Counted from the first letter of the stretch, positions 28,569 through 38,087 are shown. The stretch: 64,000 nt of DNA from Alphaproteobacteria bacterium (GCA_965227515.1 CBDDFZ010000001.1:1664001-1728000), one strand, 5' to 3'. The notes: generated by a model not told the origin, from the letters alone. Translations and numbers: made by a program.

Positions 28569-29705
28569 ATGGTTCGGACACACGCAGCGGGGGCATTGAG
28601 GGCGGACAAGGGCCCGGCCATGCGCAAGGGCCGGGGCGCGCTGAGCAACCGCGACGGGAGGTTCGAGGCCTATCGCAGCGAGGCGTTCCACGATGGCTGG
28701 GACCGCGCGCCGCCGGGCGACGGCGAACCCGACCTGGACGATCCGGCGCTGCGCACCGAGGTGCTGTCCGATGCGTCGCGCAGCATCATCGCCACCAACC
28801 AGTCGCCGGACGTGCCGTTCGATCGCTCGATCAATCCCTATCGCGGCTGCGAGCATGGCTGCGTCTATTGTTTCGCGCGGCCGACCCATGCCTATCTCGG
28901 CCTGTCGCCGGGGCTCGATTTCGAGACCCGCATTTTCGCCAAGCACGACGCGGCGGGGCTGTTGCGTGCCGCACTGGCCAAGCGCGGCTATCGCCCGGCA
29001 CCGATCGCCATCGGCGCCAACACCGATCCCTACCAGCCGGTGGAGCGGCAGCTCGAGATCACCCGCTCGGTGATCCAGGTGCTGGCTGAAACCCGGCATC
29101 CGTTCGGCATCGTTACTAAGTCGAACCTGGTACTGCGCGACCTGGACCTTCTGGCGCCGGCGGCGGAGCAACGCCTGGTCTCGGTCGCGGTGTCGGTGAC
29201 CACGCTCGACCGCGATCTCGCCCGTCGCATGGAGCCGCGCGCACCGACGCCGGGCCGCCGGCTGGCCGCCATAGAGGGATTGGCCAAGGCCGGGGTGCCG
29301 GTCTCCGTGCTGGCGGCGCCGATGATCCCGACCCTCAACGACCAGGAACTGGAAGCCATCGTCACCGCGGCGCGCGATGCCGGGGCGACCGACGCGGGCT
29401 ATGTGCTGTTGCGGGTGCCGCTGGAGATCAAGGACCTGGTCGCCGAGTGGCTGGACCACCACGCGCCCGGCCGCGCCAAGCGGGTGTTCAGCCACCTGCA
29501 ACAGGCGCATGACGGCAAGTCCTATGACGCGCGCTACTTCCACCGCATGCGCGGCAGCGGCGCCTACGCTGAACTCCTGAAGTCGCGGATGGAACGCCTG
29601 CGCCGGTCGCTCGGCCTGGGCGAGCGCCGCTGGACCCTGGAGACGAAACACTTCGTCAAGCCGGCCGCACCGCCTGCCGACGACCGCCAGCTCTCGCTGT
29701 TCTAG
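28569..29705 (+). CDS. PA0069 family radical SAM protein (SplB-like)
   Basis: NPYRGCEHGCVYCFAR, NTDPYQPVE, C-terminal QLSLF clamp-binding motif; start may be 28620. Confidence 0.93.
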   Translation: MVRTHAAGALRADKGPAMRKGRGALSNRDGRFEAYRSEAFHDGWDRAPPGDGEPDLDDPALRTEVLSDASRSIIATNQSPDVPFDRSINPYRGCEHGCVYCFARPTHAYLGLSPGLDFETRIFAKHDAAGLLRAALAKRGYRPAPIAIGANTDPYQPVERQLEITRSVIQVLAETRHPFGIVTKSNLVLRDLDLLAPAAEQRLVSVAVSVTTLDRDLARRMEPRAPTPGRRLAAIEGLAKAGVPVSVLAAPMIPTLNDQELEAIVTAARDAGATDAGYVLLRVPLEIKDLVAEWLDHHAPGRAKRVFSHLQQAHDGKSYDARYFHRMRGSGAYAELLKSRMERLRRSLGLGERRWTLETKHFVKPAAPPADDRQLSLF

Positions 29706-29758
29706 CGGGTGTCGCGCACGCGCTGGGCGCGTGGACCCCACCGCAACTAGCAATTATT

Positions 29759-29937
29759 CGTCGCTCTCGCCCTTGTGGCGAGGGTCCATGCGAATGCAAT
29801 GCTCTATACTTGGGATGTTTGCTGTTTGCTGGAGCGGCAAGGGCTGAGGGACCGCCGCCATGCCGTTCAGCGCAAACCACTTAACCTACTGGAACATAGG
29901 ACAAAAATGGATCCTCGGGACAAGCCCGAGGATGACG
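29759..29937. repeat. REP-doublet / MITE-like element, family B, copy 2 (179 bp)
   Basis: Left ctcgcc-cttgt-ggcgag, right ctcggg-acaag-cccgag. Confidence 0.88.
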
Positions 29938-30113
29938 GTGGGGTGATGGTGATTATGCACAGCCGCGTGCCGCGATCATTCAAAGAGGGCGGTATCCAAC
30001 CGAAACCTGGGGGGGGAATCTACCCCATATGGGCAATCCGGCAGGCTGCTTACGTCATCGGGCAACGAACCGCCGCACGGTGCGGGGTTCGCTTGCCAAA
30101 GGAGATGACGACG

Positions 30114-30563
30114 ATGTTGACCGCCTCGATTTCGAAGATTGCCGGTGCCGCCGCCCTTGCCATGACCGTGGCCCTTGGGGGCTGCATCACCCCGGCGGCC
30201 GGTGCCGGCAACCCGCTGGCTTACGGCCCGGTGCAGCCGCAGCTTCCCACCTTCACCGTGACCACCCACACCGGCAGCGCGGAGCAGGTGCAGACCAGCT
30301 TCACCCCCGGACTCGCCCAGCCCGGTGCGGTGCGGGTGTGCCTGAACAACCAGCGCCCCGGCCAGAGGTCCATCGACCTCAACCTGTCGGGCGTGAACCC
30401 GTTGAACGCCAACGGCCGCAACCAGCAGTCGTGCGCCAGCGTCGGCGCGCATGAAGTGGTCAACCTGCTGGCCATGGCTGGCAACCAGCCGGCCCACATC
30501 TCGCCGGGCACCGTCAACCTGGCGCAGTACGACGGCGGCCTGCTGACCTTTATCTGGAGATAA
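30114..30563 (+). CDS. Hypothetical lipoprotein
   Basis: AAGGAG RBS, signal peptide with LGGC lipobox, two further Cys, downstream GC hairpin. Confidence 0.78.
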   Translation: MLTASISKIAGAAALAMTVALGGCITPAAGAGNPLAYGPVQPQLPTFTVTTHTGSAEQVQTSFTPGLAQPGAVRVCLNNQRPGQRSIDLNLSGVNPLNANGRNQQSCASVGAHEVVNLLAMAGNQPAHISPGTVNLAQYDGGLLTFIWR

Positions 30564-30686
30564 CGGCATCTTGCGCAGCGGCCCGGCCCCGGATCTCCTG
30601 GGCGCCGGGGCGCCGCGGGAATTTGAACCGCGGCGCGGTTGGGTTATGGAGGGAGGGTCATGCGCCGCACCCCGATCGATCTGGAC

Positions 30687-30732
30687 TTAGAGCGTGTTCA
30701 GTGTGATCGCGATTACATTGAACACGCTCTAA
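30687..30732. repeat. Short TAGAGCG...CGCTCTA palindrome, family C
   Basis: ttagagcgtgttca-N18-tgaacacgctctaa, 14-bp perfect arms. Confidence 0.85.
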
Positions 30733-31391
30733 AGCTCCCGTGCCGGGTCGATCAGCCCTTCCTTCATCGCGCGGGCCAGCAGTTGCGGCACCGAGTTCAC
30801 CTGCAGCTTCTGCATCATGCTGGTCCGGTACTTGTCGACGGTCTTCGGGCTGATGCCGAGGACGAGCGCGATCTCCTTGGTCGACCGGCCGCCGATGATC
30901 AGGTTCAGGGTCTGGCGCTCGCGATCGGTCAGCACCGGCCGGTCCGGCCGCGCTTGCAGCCGGTCGACGAACATCTGGGCGATGTGGCGCCCGCCGTTCA
31001 TGATCAACGGCAGCTTGGCATAGAGCTCGGCGTTGTCGGCGGACTTGGAGAACAGGCCGTCGACGCCGGCCTCGATCAGGTCGCCGATCAGCCCGATTGC
31101 GGTGATGCCGGTGAACACCACCACCTTGGTGTCGGGGCTGGAGCGTTTCACTTCCAGAAACACCTCCACCCCGCCGGCGTGCGGCATCGAAACATCGAGC
31201 AGCAGCAGGTCGGGTGCGTGCTTCTCCACCGCCGCGATTGCCGCCAGCCCGTCCGATACCTGCGCGACCACCTTGTACGGGGTACGGCTGACCAGCCCCG
31301 GCGTTTCCAGCGCGCCCTTCAGCCCGTCGCGCACGATGGCGTGGTCGTCGGCGATCACGACGCGGACCGTGAACGGATCGTCGCCTGTCAT
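30729..31391 (-). CDS. NarL/LuxR family response regulator
   Basis: IADDHAIVRDG, LLLDVSMP, LTDRERQTL...ISPKTVDKYR. Confidence 0.95.
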   Translation of the reverse strand: MTGDDPFTVRVVIADDHAIVRDGLKGALETPGLVSRTPYKVVAQVSDGLAAIAAVEKHAPDLLLLDVSMPHAGGVEVFLEVKRSSPDTKVVVFTGITAIGLIGDLIEAGVDGLFSKSADNAELYAKLPLIMNGGRHIAQMFVDRLQARPDRPVLTDRERQTLNLIIGGRSTKEIALVLGISPKTVDKYRTSMMQKLQVNSVPQLLARAMKEGLIDPAREL

Positions 31392-31441
31392 CGGGTCCCC
31401 GCGAGTGTGCCTGCCGCCCGGGCGCCGGCGCGCCGCCGCCC

Positions 31442-33442
31442 ATGAGCCAGTCTTGCGCATTCGCCACGTCTTGGCGAGCCCGGGGAAGGCGAGCGTTGGC
31501 GGCCCTGTTGGTGCTGTTCGCCTTTGCCGGATCGCCGGCTTGGGCGGTCGACCTGCGGCCGGGCGAACCCGCGACCGTGCCGGGCGGGGAGATCGCCTAT
31601 CTTGCCGACCCCGATCACACGCTTGATCCGGCGGGGGCGCTTGCGGGGTTCGATGCAGGCGAAGGCCGGCTCGTCGGCAGCGATATCGCCGACTTCGGCG
31701 CGGTGTTCGCCACATACTGGCTGCTCGTCCCGCTCGAGAACGCGGGCGAGCGCGCCGGCACATGGACCGTTGCCACCCGCGCACCGTTCTTTCCGGCCGT
31801 TACCATCCATCTGCGCCGCGCCGATGGCACCTTGGACGAGGTGCTCGACAACACCGTCGACGATCCGTTCGATGCGCGGCCGCAGCGCTTCCGCACTGTC
31901 CTCAGCGCGCCGTTCTCGTTGCAGCCGGGCGAGCGCGCCGACCTTGTGGTCGGGTTCGAGGCTGCCGGGGTCGCGAACTTCGCCTTCACCCTGGAGTCGG
32001 AACAGAGCCTGAGTGCGCTGCGGGAAGAGGACGCCGCGATCTCCGGCATCTTCCATGCCTTCAGCATCGCCGCCATCCTGTTCTTCGCCGTGTTCAGCAT
32101 CGCGGTGCGGTTCGGCAACGGCCTGCTCTATGCGGCCCTGTTCGCCATCGCCTTGCTGCTGAACGCGCAGTTGGATGGGCTCGCCTTCCAGTTGCTGTGG
32201 CCGGACTGGCCCGGCTGGAACGGTATCGCTGCCCTGGTGCTGATGAACCTGCTGTGCGGGTTCGGGTTCTATGTCGCGGCCCGGCAGCGCGAACGCGAGC
32301 GACCGAGCCCGCGATTTCGCCGCGCCGCCTATGCTCTCGCGGTCGTCAGCCTGGCGGTCAATGGCTTGATCCCGCTGATCGGCCCCGGCGCGGTGGTCAT
32401 GATCGGCAATCTCTTGTTCGTGGCCATGCTCGCGGCCCAGGCCGCGGCGCTGCTGCCGTGGCTGCGCCGGCCTGATGGCGGCGTCGGCCGCCCCGCGCTG
32501 GTGGGCACCGTGCTGGTGGCCGGCGCGAGCCTGGGGCTGGCCATCCTCTATCTGTCGGGCGTCACCCTGCCGCCGCTGGTCGGCTACAATCTGCACCGCA
32601 TCTACTATCTGGTGATCACCCTGACGACGATGGCGACCCTGGTCGGCATTGTGGTTCAGTTGCGGCGCGACCACGAATCCGCGCTGTCGCGCGAAGTGGA
32701 GGCGGCCCGCCGCGACGCCGCCCTCAACCGCGAGCTGTTCGAGGCGGAGAAGAACTACGCCCAGGCCCGCGAGCTTGCCGCCCAGCGCCAGCGCCGCCTG
32801 GCCACGGCAAGCCATGACATCAAGCAGCCGCTCGCCGCGCTGCGCCTGTCGATGGACGCGCTGACCGCTGGCGACGATCCCGAGACCCGCCGAAGGCTGA
32901 AGGACGCCTTCGACTATCTGGAGGGGCTGACCGGCAGCTATCTGGTCGAGGCCCGGCCGGAGGAGGCGGGCGAAGGAGAAATTGATGCGGCGGTCAAGGA
33001 TGCCGGGGCGCCCGCCGAACCCTATCCGTTGTCGCTGATCACCGGTACCGTCGAGCAGGTGTTCCGCGAGGAGGCGGTGTCGAAGGGCTTGCGCTTCACG
33101 TGCACCGGCGACGACCGCGAGATCGCGGTGCCGGTGCTGCCGCTGTTGCGGCTGGTCAGCAACCTGACCTCGAACGCAGTGAAGTACACGGTCGAAGGCG
33201 GAGTCTCGGTGAGCGCCGGCGCGGCTGGCGAGGGGGCGTTCATCGCGGTCGAGGACACCGGTCCCGGCATGTCCGCCGACGCGCTCGCCCTGTACCGGCG
33301 TTCGGGCGAGAAGGGCGAGACCTCGCAGGGGGAGGGCCTGGGCATGGCCATCGCCGACGAGATCGCGGCCTCTCTCGGCCTGACCCTGGAGGTCGAGAGC
33401 ACGCTGGGCGAGGGCACCCGGTTCCGCGTGCTAATTCCGTAG
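31442..33442 (+). CDS. 7TM-DISM sensor histidine kinase
   Basis: Signal peptide, extracellular domain (YWL), seven TM with FQLLWP, ASHDIKQPL, NAVKYT, DTGPGM, GLGMAI. Confidence 0.9.
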   Translation: MSQSCAFATSWRARGRRALAALLVLFAFAGSPAWAVDLRPGEPATVPGGEIAYLADPDHTLDPAGALAGFDAGEGRLVGSDIADFGAVFATYWLLVPLENAGERAGTWTVATRAPFFPAVTIHLRRADGTLDEVLDNTVDDPFDARPQRFRTVLSAPFSLQPGERADLVVGFEAAGVANFAFTLESEQSLSALREEDAAISGIFHAFSIAAILFFAVFSIAVRFGNGLLYAALFAIALLLNAQLDGLAFQLLWPDWPGWNGIAALVLMNLLCGFGFYVAARQRERERPSPRFRRAAYALAVVSLAVNGLIPLIGPGAVVMIGNLLFVAMLAAQAAALLPWLRRPDGGVGRPALVGTVLVAGASLGLAILYLSGVTLPPLVGYNLHRIYYLVITLTTMATLVGIVVQLRRDHESALSREVEAARRDAALNRELFEAEKNYAQARELAAQRQRRLATASHDIKQPLAALRLSMDALTAGDDPETRRRLKDAFDYLEGLTGSYLVEARPEEAGEGEIDAAVKDAGAPAEPYPLSLITGTVEQVFREEAVSKGLRFTCTGDDREIAVPVLPLLRLVSNLTSNAVKYTVEGGVSVSAGAAGEGAFIAVEDTGPGMSADALALYRRSGEKGETSQGEGLGMAIADEIAASLGLTLEVESTLGEGTRFRVLIP

Positions 33443-33517
33443 GGGCTACGGAGGTCGTGATTGCCATTCCAAGACTCATGGCGTCGTCAACACGTTCGGT
33501 TGAGCCCCGACCACCAC

Positions 33518-33553
33518 CGTCATGCCCGCACTTGTTGCGGGCATCCACGTCTT
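33518..33553. repeat. Single REP-like hairpin related to family B ends
   Basis: cgtcatgcccgca-cttgt-tgcgggcatccacgtctt, same CTTGT loop. Confidence 0.75.
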
Positions 33554-33694
33554 GTTGGCCGCTTACGCGGCCATATCGTGATTTAGTAAACTGTCACCGA
33601 ATTGAGATCTGAATTGCCCATTGGTGATCGGCGCGGTACCCGGCGCTCGTCGCAATGACAGTGAGAATGGGGAAATTGGCGTCACTCGAATTGG

Positions 33695-34561
33695 CTACGA
33701 CCCGAAGTATTTCAGGAACGGGCCGATCACCTGGCGGAAGCCGGCCTCGAAGTCGTCATTGCCGGGGTGGTAGACCTGTTCCAGCGAGACCACGCCGTCA
33801 TAGCCATCGGCCACCAATGCCTGGGCCATCGGCGTGAACTGGTCGGCGAGCTGGCCTTCGCCCATCGGGCGCACCTCCAGCGTTGCCTTCGGCGTGTCGG
33901 CGTAGACATCCTTCACGTGCAAGTGGCCGACATAGCCGCCCTTCACGGACTCCCAGCCGTCCGGCCAGGCCTTCTCGTGCGCCCAGCAGTTGTTCGCCGG
34001 GTCCCACAGCACCCGCAGCACGTCGCGGGCGTCCAGGTCGTCGATCAGCTTGCGCGCGGTCCAGCACGAATTGACCATGGTGCCGTTGCCGGTCTCCACC
34101 ACGAGCTGGATGTCCTCGCGGCGGGCGAGCTCGATGGCCGGCGCGACCAGTTCCAGCATGCTGTCCCACGCGCCCTTGGCGACGTTCCAGTGCTCCGCGC
34201 CATGGCGGCCCCACAGGATCATCTCCTTCTTGCCGGACATGATGCGGACCAGCGGCGCGTCGAGCTTGCGCGACACGTCGATGCAGCGCTTCAGCGTGTC
34301 CATGTGGCGGGTGTGAAGTTCGTCGCCGACCTTGGTCGACATCGGCATGCCGGCGAACACGTGGTGGCAGATGTTGGAGACCTTCTTGCCGTGACGGTCC
34401 AGCAGGTCGCGGGCGCGCGCCACCTCCTGCGCGTCGAGGTTGCCGATCTCCTTGTCCCAGACGAACTGCAGCTCGGCATAGTCCAGGCCGAACTCGTCCA
34501 TGACCGAGAGCGCATGCTCCAGGTCGCGGCTGATGCCGTCGGTGATGACGCCCAGTTTCAT
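33695..34561 (-). CDS. Sugar phosphate isomerase/epimerase (xylose isomerase-like TIM barrel)
   Basis: LVVET, WDPAN, HLHVKD, GYDGVVSLE metal ligands. Confidence 0.88.
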   Translation of the reverse strand: MKLGVITDGISRDLEHALSVMDEFGLDYAELQFVWDKEIGNLDAQEVARARDLLDRHGKKVSNICHHVFAGMPMSTKVGDELHTRHMDTLKRCIDVSRKLDAPLVRIMSGKKEMILWGRHGAEHWNVAKGAWDSMLELVAPAIELARREDIQLVVETGNGTMVNSCWTARKLIDDLDARDVLRVLWDPANNCWAHEKAWPDGWESVKGGYVGHLHVKDVYADTPKATLEVRPMGEGQLADQFTPMAQALVADGYDGVVSLEQVYHPGNDDFEAGFRQVIGPFLKYFGS

Positions 34562-34576
34562 GTTCTTGCTGTCCTG

Positions 34577-35476
34577 CTAACGGTGGAGCTCGGCGCCGAC
34601 GATATCCTCGACGACGCGGGTCACCACCCAGTTGTCGCCATCGGGGTGCCTGGTCTTGCCGGCGTGGAAGAGCTGCATGGCGGTGGACGCGGTGAACAGC
34701 GGCACGCCCAGGTCGCGGGCCATGTCGAGCACGATGGTCAGGTCCTTGTGCATGGTGGCGATGTGGCTGCCGGTGCCCTCGAACCTGCGGTCGATGATGT
34801 TTTCCAGCGCCGTGTTGGCGACGCCGCAACCGGCGCCGGACGTGCTGATGACGTCGTAGAGCACCTGGCCGGATACGCCGGCCTTCGCGGCCAGCACCGA
34901 CGCCTCGAACGTCGCGGAGAAGACGGAGCCGATCAGCGACTGCAGGCAGGCCTTCACGGTCTGGCCCATGCCGGGCTCGGTGCCGACCCGATGAATGGTC
35001 TTCGACACCGCTTCCATCGCCGGGCGGGCGCGGTCGAGCGCGGCATCCTCGCCGGCCGCCATCATGGTCAGAGTGCCGCCCTGGGCACCCGGAAAGCCGC
35101 CACTGACGGGTGAGTCGATCAGGTCGATGCCGGTGCCGGCCAGCCCCTCGCCAATCGCGCGCGCCTCGGCCGGCCTGATGGTGGCGGTGAGGATGACCGC
35201 GGCACCGGGCTGGAGCGTCGATGTCAGGCCGTCCCGGCCCTCGGCGCCCAGGATCACCGCCTTGGCCTGGTCGCCGTTCATCACCATCACATAGACCGCA
35301 TCGGCGCCGTCGCCGACCGCCGCGGCACTGCCGGCGGCATGTCCGCCCATGGCCGTGAACGCCGCCATCCGATCTGTGCTGAGGTCGAAGCCAGCGGTCT
35401 CGAACCCCGCGGCAATCAGGTTCTTGGCCAGGCCCGAGCCCATGTCGCCCAGCCCGATGACGCCTACGCGTGCCAT
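34577..35476 (-). CDS. NAD(P)-dependent beta-hydroxyacid dehydrogenase
   Basis: IGLGDMGSGLA, DSPVSGG, GTLTMM, catalytic Lys in GQTVK. Confidence 0.9.
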   Translation of the reverse strand: MARVGVIGLGDMGSGLAKNLIAAGFETAGFDLSTDRMAAFTAMGGHAAGSAAAVGDGADAVYVMVMNGDQAKAVILGAEGRDGLTSTLQPGAAVILTATIRPAEARAIGEGLAGTGIDLIDSPVSGGFPGAQGGTLTMMAAGEDAALDRARPAMEAVSKTIHRVGTEPGMGQTVKACLQSLIGSVFSATFEASVLAAKAGVSGQVLYDVISTSGAGCGVANTALENIIDRRFEGTGSHIATMHKDLTIVLDMARDLGVPLFTASTAMQLFHAGKTRHPDGDNWVVTRVVEDIVGAELHR

Positions 35477-35587
35477 ACGTCCTCCCCTCCGGTTGCTGCG
35501 GCTTGTCGCGCCGCATTCGCCGGCATCATGGCTCGGATCGGGCGACGGGGCGAGGGGAGAGATACGATGCCGTCAGCGGCGGCGCGC

Positions 35588-36139
35588 CTATTGGTCCTCG
35601 TACGACAGGATGCGATCGCGCAGTGCGGTGAACCGTGCCTCGACCTCGGTGCCGAACAGCGGGTCCTGGCGCGCGAGCAGCGGGTGGTCGGACATCGTGC
35701 CGTCACCCGCCGAAAGCGCCTTCTCGGCCTGCGGGAAGAAGCCGTCCTCTTCCATCTGCATGTGATGGCGCTGCGCGGACACGAACTCGCGCGCAGCTCT
35801 GAGAAACTCGTCCCTGGGGACGGCGGCCTCGATGACCACCCGGTCGAGCAAGTCGGCGAAAGCGTGGGTCAGCCGGCCCAGATCCTCGTGCAAGGCGGCG
35901 AGCTTCTTGGCCGACGGACCGGTGCTGCCGATCGTCTGCTCCAGCTCTCTGGCAACCAGATCCTCCTTCGGGTGATGGCAGCTGTCGGGATAGTCGCCGA
36001 AGTACTCCATGATCGACTGCAGCACTTCATAGTCGGGGAGCTCGCCCTGCTCGAACAGGTCGAGCTGGCTGTCCAGCAAACTCAACAGGCGTTCCATGTC
36101 GCGGTGTTCCGCGCGCAGACTCGCAATGATGTCGGACAT
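35588..36139 (-). CDS. Hemerythrin domain protein
   Basis: LRAEH, HHPKED, LH, HMQMEE..FFP; GGAGG RBS. Confidence 0.88.
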   Translation of the reverse strand: MSDIIASLRAEHRDMERLLSLLDSQLDLFEQGELPDYEVLQSIMEYFGDYPDSCHHPKEDLVARELEQTIGSTGPSAKKLAALHEDLGRLTHAFADLLDRVVIEAAVPRDEFLRAAREFVSAQRHHMQMEEDGFFPQAEKALSAGDGTMSDHPLLARQDPLFGTEVEARFTALRDRILSYEDQ

Positions 36140-36169
36140 GACTGGCCTCCGATGATCTTCGTGGCGCCA

Positions 36170-36194
36170 TACGATCCTTTCTTAAAGGATGGTA
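36170..36194. promoter_or_regulatory. AT-rich palindrome, candidate operator
   Basis: TACgATCCTTT-ctt-AAAGGATgGTA, about 30 bp upstream of the hemerythrin gene. Confidence 0.45.
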
Positions 36195-36323
36195 CGACCG
36201 GTGGCGGTCCCGCAAGCCCACGGGCGCAGATGTCGCAATCTGGCGTCGGCGCTTGCGCGGTAGGACGATCCGGCCGTCCGGCCCTATAATCGGCGGGGGC
36301 GTCCGCGATATCGGAGACGGCAT

Positions 36324-38081
36324 ATGGAAATGGAAGTGGCACTGGGGTTGGACCGCGACGCGCTGCGCGCCGACCTGTCGGTCGCCTATCCGCCGGACGT
36401 TGTCGACCGCCTGGTCACGCGCATCGAAGACGTGGTCGCGCACTACCGCGAACAAATAACGCAGCCGCGCCCCTCCTGGGTCGACGAGGGCGATGCGATG
36501 CTCATCACCTATGGCGATTCCATCGGCGACGGCGCGCGCGCGCCATTGGCCGTGCTCGCGGCGTTCCTGGCCGCCCACGTGGGCGACGCGATCTCCAGCG
36601 TCCACATCCTGCCGTTCTATCCCTACACCTCCGACGACGGGTTCTCGGTGGTCGACTACCGCGCGGTCGACACCGGCCTCGGCGACTGGGACGACGTCGC
36701 GCGCCTGGCGGATCGCTATGCGCTGATGTTCGATGCCGTCATCAACCACGTCTCGCGCCACAGCGTGTGGTTCCAGAAGTTCCTGGCCGACGACCCGGCC
36801 TATGCCGACTACTTCATCGCCTGCGCGCCCGATGCCGACACCAGCCAGGTGACGCGGCCGCGCGCGCTGCCGCTGCTGACGCCGGTGGACTGCGCGTCCG
36901 GGACGAAGCATGTCTGGACGACGTTCAGCGACGACCAGATCGACCTCAACTACGCAAACCCCGACGTGCTGGTCGAGATCGTCGATCTGCTGTTGTTCTA
37001 CGCCGCGCAGGGCGCGCGTTACATCAGGCTCGATGCCATTGGCTTCATGTGGAAGGAGCTCGGCACCACGTGCATGCACCTGCCGCAGGCCCACGCGCTG
37101 ATCCGCGCCATGCGTCAGGCGGTGGACGCCGCATCACCCGGCACGCTCGTGATCACCGAGACCAACGTGCCGCACGCCGACAATGTCAGCTACTTCGGCA
37201 ATGGCGGTGACGAAGCCCACATGGTCTACCAGTTTCCGCTGCCGCCGCTGACCCTGCACGCGTTCCAAACGGGCGACGCCAGCCGGCTGTCGGACTGGGC
37301 AGCTTCGTTGCCGCCGACGACGCCCCAGACCACGTTCTTCAATTTCCTGGCGTCCCATGACGGCATCGGCGTGCGCCCTGTCGAGGGCATCCTGTCGCCC
37401 GCGGAAGTAAAGGCCATGGCGGCGGGCGTGGAGGCGCGCGGCGGGCTGATTTCGGTCCGCAACATGCCCGACGGCACGACCGCGCCCTATGAACTCAATA
37501 TCGCCTATGTCGATGCCATTGCCGAGCCGGATGACGACGATGAGACCCGTGCCGCGCGGTTCCTGGCCGCTCAGACCGTCCTGCTGTCGATGGCCGGGGT
37601 GCCGGGCATCTACATCCACAGCCTGCTCGGCTCGCGCAACGACCTGGCCGGTGTCGCGCGTACCGGCCGCAACCGGTCGATCAATCGGGCGAAGCTTGGT
37701 CTGGGCGACCTGGAGGCCGAGCTTGCACGGCCCGACAGCCTGCGGGCGCGGATTTTGGCGGGGACGCTCAAGCTGCTCGGTCTGCGCCGACAACGGCCGG
37801 CGTTCCACCCCAATGCCGGCCAGCGCATCGTGCCGGTCGACCCGCGGGTGTTCAGCCTGGTGCGCGAGAACCCGCAGGACCGGGTCTGGGTGGCGGTCAA
37901 CGTGTCGGCAGACACCGTCTCGCTGCGGGTGCGATGCGCGACCATCGGGTTCGCGGCGGGCGCGGCGCTGGCAGATGTGATCGGCGGGGCTGAGGTTGGC
38001 GGGGCTGAGGTGGGCGGGGACGCCGAGCACATCGCCCTCACGCTGGCGCCGTTCCAGTCCGCATGGGTGGCGGCCGGCTGA
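36324..38081 (+). CDS. GH13_18 sugar phosphorylase, probably glucosylglycerate phosphorylase
   Basis: LITYGD, SDDGFSV, RLDAIG, ITETNVPH, ASHDGIG, PYELN. Confidence 0.88.
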   Translation: MEMEVALGLDRDALRADLSVAYPPDVVDRLVTRIEDVVAHYREQITQPRPSWVDEGDAMLITYGDSIGDGARAPLAVLAAFLAAHVGDAISSVHILPFYPYTSDDGFSVVDYRAVDTGLGDWDDVARLADRYALMFDAVINHVSRHSVWFQKFLADDPAYADYFIACAPDADTSQVTRPRALPLLTPVDCASGTKHVWTTFSDDQIDLNYANPDVLVEIVDLLLFYAAQGARYIRLDAIGFMWKELGTTCMHLPQAHALIRAMRQAVDAASPGTLVITETNVPHADNVSYFGNGGDEAHMVYQFPLPPLTLHAFQTGDASRLSDWAASLPPTTPQTTFFNFLASHDGIGVRPVEGILSPAEVKAMAAGVEARGGLISVRNMPDGTTAPYELNIAYVDAIAEPDDDDETRAARFLAAQTVLLSMAGVPGIYIHSLLGSRNDLAGVARTGRNRSINRAKLGLGDLEAELARPDSLRARILAGTLKLLGLRRQRPAFHPNAGQRIVPVDPRVFSLVRENPQDRVWVAVNVSADTVSLRVRCATIGFAAGAALADVIGGAEVGGAEVGGDAEHIALTLAPFQSAWVAAG

Positions 38082-38087
38082 GCCGTT

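Noticed and set aside
29775-30113. N-terminal extension of the lipoprotein ORF through the repeat
   Set aside because: RBS and lipoprotein signal peptide place the start at 30114
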